Assembly (NCBI GenBank): GCA_963675295.2
Contig: CAXXKJ010000002.1
Span: forward strand, 3,104,001 to 3,168,000
DNA length: 64,000 nt
From: a bacterium
Lineage (GTDB): Bacteria; Electryoneota; Electryoneia; Electryoneales; Electryoneaceae
Direction of reading: 5' to 3'
The position numbers and the translations under genes were made by a program. This document shows positions 57,183-64,000 of this stretch, in pieces (positions within the stretch are counted from its first letter, which is position 1; the number at the start of each line of letters is the position of its first letter). The notes below the pieces were generated by a model that saw only the letters and a program-made list of their open reading frames with translations, was not told the origin of the DNA and ran no database searches.

Positions 57183-58757
57183 CTAGAAAATGCTGGTGAA
57201 CGTCAGCTTGACACCGTCGAACGGCGCAACCACACGGCACTTGCCGCTGGTGCAGACCAGGCCGCCGCGTTCTTCACCGACGGTCAGCAACAGCTCGTGA
57301 CGGTTGGCGACAAACGCCGCGAACTCCGCCTTGACCCAGCTCGACTTGTCCGGCTGGTTCGGATCGTCTTCCGCCGTTTCCAGCACCACGGACAGCGAGT
57401 ACTGCTGCCGCCAGGTGGCACCGAGAATGGTCAACGTTTCAATTGAGGTTTCCTCGGCGGTCACATCCTCGACCGACCCGCCTTCCGCAGACACTTTCAC
57501 CGACCAGTCGTCCGCGAGCTGATACTCGCTACCGATACCGGCGACCGCGCGCCGTGTCCAGCTCGAACGGGCACGTACCGCGCCACCACCTTCGATGGTG
57601 TAGACGAGGTCTTCGTCCCAGCCGCCCCACGCCGTCAGGTACCAGTCCATCGTCGGATAGCCGGTAAACTCGGCGAAGACCTGCCGGTACGGGCTGTCCT
57701 CTTCGTCCAGGGACGGCATGTACAGCTCATTCTCGATGAACGAGGAGCTCTGGCTGTAGTTGACGGTCACCGTGTTCGCGCCGCTGATGTTGTAGCTACC
57801 CTCAATCTGGAAGCCGACCTCATCGTCGAAGCGGACGGTGTGCGGGTGTTTGCTCAACAGCGGGCTGGTGAATTCACGCTGCCCGATCGGCGGGCTGTGG
57901 AATGGGAGGATGTCAACGGATGCCGCGTACACGCTGCCACCGGTGCTCGCGCCGCCCGGGTACACGTAATACTGGTAGCGCTTGTAGTCGGCGAACAAGC
58001 TGAACCGGCCGGCGTACCAGCTACCGGACGCATAGAAGGCGTCGTGGGTGTCCTTCACACCCTCGATGTCCTCTTTCGCGTATTCCGTCCACAGTGAGAC
58101 CGACGGTCCATCCCACGCCGCATGTCCGGCCCAGGTGCGGGATTCGTCGTAGCTGAGGACATCATCCTCAACCGGCGTCACCAGCATTCCCTGGCCGCCG
58201 AGGGTGGTGTTGTACGGACCGAAGTACTCAATACGTCCCGCACTTACCCGTGCATCCTGCACCTGCCCGAGATAACCGGCTTTCGACCGTCCCGACAACC
58301 CTTCCACTTCGAAGTCGCCGATACCGACCTGCGCCTGCATACCGTCGAGACCGGAGTCGAAGCCTTGCAGGATGTCCTCGATCAACGCCAGCCCGAGCCC
58401 ACGTCCCCACACCGAGTAGAAGTTACCGATGCGGAGGTTGACGTTCGCGTCCGGATCGGAATACTCGATGAACCGCTTCTCGAGCGTGTTCACATCGGTC
58501 TGGTACTCCCCGAATTCACTCGGCTGCAGCATCGTGAAGCGGGTGCCGACACGGATGTTCCCGTAGTACATGTTGAGGTTGAGACGATCCTCGAAATACC
58601 GTTTGACGACATCATCGTCGCCGAGTACTTCCCGTCCATCCGCCCAGCGTGCTTCATTCGACCCCTGGATGTAGAAATCCTGGGCGAACGCTGGCAGGGC
58701 GTGGACCATGAAAACGGCCATCAGGCAGAGGATGACCGTGACCCGGAGCTTGCTCAC
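57183..58757 (-). CDS. DUF6029-like outer-membrane beta-barrel protein
   Basis: Signal peptide, IGNFYSVWGRGL, DEVGFQ, C-terminal RGGLVCTSGKCRVVAPF..TSIF. Confidence 0.7.
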   Translation of the reverse strand: MSKLRVTVILCLMAVFMVHALPAFAQDFYIQGSNEARWADGREVLGDDDVVKRYFEDRLNLNMYYGNIRVGTRFTMLQPSEFGEYQTDVNTLEKRFIEYSDPDANVNLRIGNFYSVWGRGLGLALIEDILQGFDSGLDGMQAQVGIGDFEVEGLSGRSKAGYLGQVQDARVSAGRIEYFGPYNTTLGGQGMLVTPVEDDVLSYDESRTWAGHAAWDGPSVSLWTEYAKEDIEGVKDTHDAFYASGSWYAGRFSLFADYKRYQYYVYPGGASTGGSVYAASVDILPFHSPPIGQREFTSPLLSKHPHTVRFDDEVGFQIEGSYNISGANTVTVNYSQSSSFIENELYMPSLDEEDSPYRQVFAEFTGYPTMDWYLTAWGGWDEDLVYTIEGGGAVRARSSWTRRAVAGIGSEYQLADDWSVKVSAEGGSVEDVTAEETSIETLTILGATWRQQYSLSVVLETAEDDPNQPDKSSWVKAEFAAFVANRHELLLTVGEERGGLVCTSGKCRVVAPFDGVKLTFTSIF

Positions 58758-59272
58758 TCCCCTTCCCCCTCAGCTGGCAACAGCGAAGCGATTTCCGCTT
58801 CGATTTCGTCCTCTTCACCCGGATGGTAGCCGATCCAGACGTTCTTGACCATGCCGTCGGTGCCGATCAACACGGTGTGCGGCACGTTGGTGCCACGGAA
58901 CATTCTCAGGATCTCGGAATCGGTGTCCAACCCGACCGGGAAGTCAAACCCCTGACCGCGCACATACGGACGCACCTTGGAGACGCTGCGGGTGTTGTCG
59001 ATGCTGATTCCGAGCATCGTGAAGCCGCGATCCTTGTACGTGGTGTAGATCCGGTCCAAGTGCGGCAGGGCCTGCTTGCACGGTTGGCACCAGGTCGCCC
59101 AGAAGTCGAGCAATACGGGACCTTCCTCAAGCAGTTCGGACAGCTTGACGTTACCGCCGTCCACGGTCTTAATCGTGAAATCGGGAGCCTTCTGGCCGGT
59201 CAAATCGGCCGCGACGCCGGAAGCGGCCATCGCGACGATGAGGAGCATTGTCAGCAGAGTCGTTCGGATCAC
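58754..59272 (-). CDS. TlpA-family thiol-disulfide oxidoreductase
   Basis: Signal peptide, APDFTI, DFWATWCQPC, VPHTVLI. Confidence 0.93.
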   Translation of the reverse strand: MIRTTLLTMLLIVAMAASGVAADLTGQKAPDFTIKTVDGGNVKLSELLEEGPVLLDFWATWCQPCKQALPHLDRIYTTYKDRGFTMLGISIDNTRSVSKVRPYVRGQGFDFPVGLDTDSEILRMFRGTNVPHTVLIGTDGMVKNVWIGYHPGEEDEIEAEIASLLPAEGEGE

Positions 59273-59420
59273 AGTCCAGCCTCCATGTCTCAGCTGCAGG
59301 ATGCAGCGTTCTACGCCTTCCCCTCACTGCAATGAAGCAAGGATACGGAGAAGCTCGGGACAGTCGCAACGGATACCCCCGATTCGCCTCACCTTACTTC
59401 ACTTCACGGAGAATGCGTCA

Positions 59421-62400
59421 CTATTTCATCAGCAACAGTTTTTTCGTCTGGCGCACGTCCCCAGCCTCGAGCACGGCGAAGTAGATGCCGGTCGCCCGGG
59501 TGCCAGTGGTCCATACGACCTGGTGGCGTCCAGCGGCACGGCGGTTGTTGTCAAGCACCGCGACCTCACGCCCGAGTACGTCGTACACCGCCAGCCGTAC
59601 CTCGCCCGGTGACGGCAGCGCGTACTGCAAGGTCACCGTCGAGTTGAACGGGTTCGGGTAGGCCTTCTCAAACGACGTCTGCGACGGAAGCGCTGCTGCG
59701 CCGGTTGCTTCATCGACCGCAAGGTAGTTGCGGTAGACGGTGACAGCGGATGTGTCCCGTATTCCACCTTCCTGCGAATGGAAGACGAGGTCGAAACGGT
59801 GCGAGATGTACGGTGTCAGATCGTCCATCGGCAGATCAACCTGCATCTCGGTCAACCCTGACGGGAACTCGCTGGGCCCGTACGAAGCGACGGGATCAAC
59901 GTTCAGCCCGCACCAGTACTCCCGGAAGATGCCATCCTCGGCGAGCAGCACGACACCTTGTTGAATCCCCTCACGATACGACTCATACGTCATCGCGACC
60001 GGTTCGTAGCCGATCTCCGGGAACAGCGGATACGGGATCTCCAGCTCGCCTGTGTCCACATTCATCTCGCTGAACATGGCGTTCCCGGCCGGATTTTCCG
60101 CGAGGATTTGCACCATATCCGGTTGTGGATCAGTGTAGCTCCGGTAGCTCAGCGTCCGAACCTTCAGCCCGCGCAGATCGTAGGTCGTAAGAACCGTTCC
60201 CGCAGCGTCGAGGCAGTACAGGATTCTGGTTTCATTGTCCGCGACGTACCAGGCGTTGTCATGGTACGCGAGGCCGGCGGGTTCACGAATGGCATCCGGC
60301 AACGCGAGGCTGTCCACGATCGAGTATGCCGGGTCGGCGTCTCCGTCCAGCAGGAAAATCTTGTCCTCGAACAGCGCACCGATGGTGACGTCCTGATAGA
60401 ATGCGCCGTCTGCCATGCCGACATAGCCGAAACGGATGGGCTGCATGTGATTGGTGAAACCGCCGACGTCGTACTCGTGCTTCAACAGCCTCGGCTGGGT
60501 GAAGAGAAAACCAGCTGTCAGGATTCCGTCAACATCCGCGATCACGCAACGTGCGCTGTCTACCGGCACTGCGGCGACGACATCGGCCGTCCAATCGGCA
60601 CCACCAGGCGGCACGGCGGAAACATCCACCATGATCGGGTTCGGATCCGCGTTCATGACATCGAATTTCAGGTACATCAGCTGCGGAATGTCCGCGGTCA
60701 GCGTAATGTTGTCCGGGGTAACGTTGAACGGATCCAGGTCCAGATTCACCGCCAGCTCACCGGTTTCGCCGCTCGCAACTTCGATGTCCGAGTAGTAGTG
60801 CCGCTCAGTCCCGGGCAGCTCAACGGTTACATCATATATCCCGGGCAGCACACGTTCGACCAGCAGCGAGTCCGTCCCGGCCGCCTTCCGCACGACTTCC
60901 CCGTTGCCAACCGTCACCGTGAACGAATCCGGAACCGCCGCATCGTCTATCACGACCTGCAAGCTGCCGTAGTCGTACATGTCGTCGAGGTAGGCGTGCG
61001 CAAGGTCGACACGCAGCCGTCCTGCACCGTACTTGTTGTCAAAGCCGGGGTCGCCGCCATCGTCAGCGGACATCATGATCGCCTCAGCGATGGCTTCCGG
61101 CGGTGCCTGTGGATGAATGTCACGCAGTAGGACCATCGCCCCGCCGGCTACAGGTGTTGACGCTGAGGAGCCTGTGAAAGTGGTGTAGCCGTTGACCGGG
61201 TAATCGTCCGTCGTCGGAATCTCGGTTGGTGCAATGATATCCGGTTTCTTCAGGCCGGGTAAGGCGCCTTCCGCCCACGGATAGTCCTGAAACACCAGCG
61301 GATATTCGGGTTCTTCCCACGCCGCCGGGCCGTCACCGCTGTAGTACTTCGCGGTGCCGTTCGAATCGTGCGCGCCGATGCCCATCACGCCGGTGATGCC
61401 GCCACCCTCGACATACTGTTCCGGGTGCAGGAACGGCGGCGGGCAATTGCCGGGGCAGGCGATGTTCCACGGAACGTATGGTCCGCCGCTGCCGTCGTTG
61501 CCCACCGAATTTGAGCTGATGACACCAACCGCAAGCAGCGCCCAATACGTATAGCGATGCGTCACGTAATCCGGGATGTAGTTCGGCGCGTTGTATTTGT
61601 AGCTCATGGACGACGAGATGACAGACGCGCCGTTGATGACGGCGTACTGCACCGCCGCCACGCGTGTCCCTTCGCTGATCCAGTTGTCAGCATAGTTGCG
61701 GATCATGATCCAGCGGGCGTCCGGGGCAATACCGGTTTGTGTGCCAAGGGTACCATCACCGCAGACAATCCCGGTGCACTTGGTGCCGTGTCCTTGCGCG
61801 TCACTGATGTCCGGCGTGTTGTGGTAGAAATTCCAGCCGTGGATGTCGTCGATGTACCCGTTGCGGTCGTCGTCGATGCCGTTCCCGTCGATCTCGTCCT
61901 CGTTGATCCACTGGTGGTCGATCAGGTCGTCGTGCGGGTCGACACCACTGTCGATCAACGCGACAATCACACTTTCGCCAGTGTAGCCAAGGCTCCACAG
62001 ATCGTCCGCGCCGATGTAGGGAATCGCCCACGAGATTTCGTCCAACTCATCCGGGTTGGGTTCAGGCAGATCCGGGTCCGGCATCTCATCGTTGACCGAT
62101 TCAAACGGCAGCGGCGGCTGGTAACGGATCCGTTCGACTTCGTCCAACTCGGCGAGTTGATCCATCCGGTCGGCCTGGAGTTGCACCGCGAAGCCGTGCG
62201 CGATCCACAGCGGGTACAGGTTACGCGCCCGCCCCGCCTGCTCTTCCGCGCGCAGCCAGCTTTCGGTTGCGGACGCGGACTGGTTGAAGTGGGTCTGCAA
62301 TGTGGTGATGGCGTACTCTCGCCGTTCCGGCAACGTCATCCCCTGCACCATAGCGAGCAAATCGTCCAAAGGGTACGGGTTCTCGATCCCGATGAACACG

Positions 62401-62546
62401 GGGACCAGTTCGTCGACAGCGGCGGTCGACAGGTGATCGCTGAGGTTGTTCTCGTAGACGGGAAGCCGTGGCGCGGAGAATGCGGCCGAAAGGATGGCAA
62501 AACTGAGCGTAAGTGCAAGTACACCAAATCGTTGCAAGCGGTTCAT
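59421..62546 (-). CDS. Secreted S8 serine peptidase with PNPFN sorting domain
   Basis: IDSG, HGTKCTG, KPDIIAP, FTGSSASTP; DDDRNGYIDD; YPNPFN..TGIYF..KLLLMK. Confidence 0.9.
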   Translation of the reverse strand: MNRLQRFGVLALTLSFAILSAAFSAPRLPVYENNLSDHLSTAAVDELVPVFIGIENPYPLDDLLAMVQGMTLPERREYAITTLQTHFNQSASATESWLRAEEQAGRARNLYPLWIAHGFAVQLQADRMDQLAELDEVERIRYQPPLPFESVNDEMPDPDLPEPNPDELDEISWAIPYIGADDLWSLGYTGESVIVALIDSGVDPHDDLIDHQWINEDEIDGNGIDDDRNGYIDDIHGWNFYHNTPDISDAQGHGTKCTGIVCGDGTLGTQTGIAPDARWIMIRNYADNWISEGTRVAAVQYAVINGASVISSSMSYKYNAPNYIPDYVTHRYTYWALLAVGVISSNSVGNDGSGGPYVPWNIACPGNCPPPFLHPEQYVEGGGITGVMGIGAHDSNGTAKYYSGDGPAAWEEPEYPLVFQDYPWAEGALPGLKKPDIIAPTEIPTTDDYPVNGYTTFTGSSASTPVAGGAMVLLRDIHPQAPPEAIAEAIMMSADDGGDPGFDNKYGAGRLRVDLAHAYLDDMYDYGSLQVVIDDAAVPDSFTVTVGNGEVVRKAAGTDSLLVERVLPGIYDVTVELPGTERHYYSDIEVASGETGELAVNLDLDPFNVTPDNITLTADIPQLMYLKFDVMNADPNPIMVDVSAVPPGGADWTADVVAAVPVDSARCVIADVDGILTAGFLFTQPRLLKHEYDVGGFTNHMQPIRFGYVGMADGAFYQDVTIGALFEDKIFLLDGDADPAYSIVDSLALPDAIREPAGLAYHDNAWYVADNETRILYCLDAAGTVLTTYDLRGLKVRTLSYRSYTDPQPDMVQILAENPAGNAMFSEMNVDTGELEIPYPLFPEIGYEPVAMTYESYREGIQQGVVLLAEDGIFREYWCGLNVDPVASYGPSEFPSGLTEMQVDLPMDDLTPYISHRFDLVFHSQEGGIRDTSAVTVYRNYLAVDEATGAAALPSQTSFEKAYPNPFNSTVTLQYALPSPGEVRLAVYDVLGREVAVLDNNRRAAGRHQVVWTTGTRATGIYFAVLEAGDVRQTKKLLLMK

Positions 62547-63003
62547 GTGCAAATCCTGATCAACGCTGTGGTTTATGGTGATACGCCTGGACTGGGCAAA
62601 AGTGCCCGTTGGACTGGGATCTGCGGAATCTTGCGTCGCATCTCGTTCTCGCAGTGACCTGCTGCATCTCGCGGCGGCCCGTCACATCCTTCTGTTAAGC
62701 TAACCCCTCACGCAGACCGGTGCAACGCGTGCAGGTTTTCGGGCGAAACTCACCCATCGCCGTGTAAAAACGCCAAGACGTCTTTTTACGGATCGAGGCC
62801 GAGTCCAAAGCTGGCTGTGACCTCGGAGCTGACCAGCGAACGGGAGCACCCTGATGGCAATTTCATGAGATCGCTGAGCCGTGGAAATCCTTTGCCTGCG
62901 TGAGGAATCGGGCGTATCTTTGTGGGAGAACTCGGGGTGGAGACGCCTGGTTTCTCAACTTGCATGAGTGGGTGAGATCGTCTAACTTTGGGTCTCGCGT
63001 TAC

Positions 63004-63080
63004 GCGCCTGTAGCTCAACTGGATAGAGCACCTGACTACGGATCAGGAGGTTTGGGGTTCGAATCCCTACAGGCGTACCA
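63004..63080 (+). tRNA. tRNA-Arg (anticodon ACG)
   Basis: GCGCCTG/CAGGCGT acceptor stem, CCTGA-CTACGGA-TCAGG anticodon arm, TTCGAAT T loop, encoded CCA. Confidence 0.97.
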
Positions 63081-63088
63081 GTAATATC

Positions 63089-63116
63089 AAGGGGTTACGG
63101 GCAACCGTAGCCCCTT
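63089..63116 (+). terminator. Hairpin immediately 3' of the tRNA (terminator / island attL flank)
   Basis: AAGGGGTTACGG-GCAA-CCGTAGCCCCTT followed by GTTTTGTTTT. Confidence 0.6.
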
Positions 63117-63426
63117 GTTTTGTTTTCATGGGGCACTGGTGGGGCAGTGTCCGCCAAAATCCTCAGCTTGTAGCAGCCATTCACCCCCCCGCCTTTTTGC
63201 CCCAGATTCCTGCATATTTACACGCTGAGTGCCCCGTGAGTGCCCCACCAAACGCAAGAGCTACTAGAAATCTCATGTTTTATAAGGCTTTCAGAGGATT
63301 TTTCTTCTGAATGATAATCAGGTGTTGACTTCGCTCGGGGCTTTTTGTAGCTTGTTGGAGGTTGCTGGTGGGGGTCGTGTTGGACACGGCAGGGTTTCAC
63401 CGGCAGCGAAGCCCGGGAGAGGCACC

Positions 63427-64000
63427 ATGGCGAATATCGAACGCAGAAAAGCGAAAGACGGTTCAACATCCTACCGTGTGAAGATTCGTCTTCAGGGGCA
63501 CCCTACCGAAACCAAGACATTCGGCAAGCTGACAGAAGCCCGGGATTGGGCACAGGAAACCGAAGCCAACATTCGGGCGGGACGATATCTCCCCTCCATG
63601 GAAGCACGGAAGCACACGTTAAGCGATCTGGTGGATCGGTACCTTAAGAACGTGATCCCGGAAAAGAAATCCGGCAAGGATCAGGTGTACCAGCTTGAAT
63701 GGTGGCGTGATCGAATAGGGACGTATCCACTCGCCAGTGTAACGGCAGCACTGATTTCCGAATGCCGGGACGAACTGAAACAGAGCGGCAAGAGCAATGC
63801 AACGGTGAACCGGTTCCTTGCCGTGCTAAGCCATGCGTTCACCCTTGCCGAGCGTGAATGGGAGTGGATTGATTCCAACCCGTTCCGCAAGGTGTCCAAG
63901 CTGAAAGAACCGCGAGGGCGCGTGCGTTTCCTCTCCGATGAAGAACGTGAACGGCTGTTGACCGCGTGCCAGCAAAGCCATAATCCCGACTTGTACACCG
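63427..64000 (+). CDS. Tyrosine recombinase / phage-type integrase, partial
   Basis: Read by hand: MANIERRK..YRVKIRLQG..TF..ARDWA..E arm-binding region, SNATVNRFLAVLSHAF, NPFRKV, RVRFLSDEERERLL; GGGAGAGG RBS. Confidence 0.9.
   Translation, partial: MANIERRKAKDGSTSYRVKIRLQGHPTETKTFGKLTEARDWAQETEANIRAGRYLPSMEARKHTLSDLVDRYLKNVIPEKKSGKDQVYQLEWWRDRIGTYPLASVTAALISECRDELKQSGKSNATVNRFLAVLSHAFTLAEREWEWIDSNPFRKVSKLKEPRGRVRFLSDEERERLLTACQQSHNPDLYT

Larger units (their letters stand above)
63081..64000. mobile_element. Left end of an integrative element (island or prophage) at tRNA-Arg
   Basis: Integrase ~350 bp downstream of the tRNA, with repeated GGGGCA/TGCCCC motifs in between. Confidence 0.7.

Noticed and set aside
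62560-63000. Riboswitch/ncRNA in long intergenic regions (also 34180-34500 and 37640-38120)
   Set aside because: No conserved aptamer motif recognisable by eye; an Infernal/Rfam scan would be needed.

Overview
GC-rich bacterial chromosome segment. Five secreted proteins carry a C-terminal 'PNPFN' sorting/FlgD-like domain, which suggests an FCB-superphylum lineage (inference only). From left to right the window holds: a truncated PD40/peptidase-MA protein, two glycosyltransferases, a sigma54 activator facing a His-rich NifB/NifX-like gene, and a porin-PBP-histidine kinase-hybrid kinase signalling block. Next comes an ~11 kb cluster of a POTRA-less Omp85 barrel, a secreted kinase-fold protein, a metallophosphoesterase lipoprotein, two NTT (ATP/ADP translocase family) transporters (one HEAT-fused), two paralogous small barrels and a cNMP-binding protein. 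This cluster is the best candidate for an undescribed system, possibly extracytoplasmic phosphorylation fuelled by nucleotide transport. The rest holds two AT-rich islets of secreted proteins whose edges fall inside ORFs, an RND efflux operon, two S8 proteases, argF, MEMO and YyaL-like genes, a GIY-YIG nuclease with flanking repeats, and a C39-like peptidase/RimK/GCS2 ligase operon. The window ends with tRNA-Arg(ACG) and a tyrosine integrase, marking the start of an island. Non-coding DNA carries a four-copy GGGGACACTT..AAGTGTCCCC palindrome family and several short tandem arrays, including a perfect (TCGACTT)x31. All calls come from motif reading; no database searches were run.
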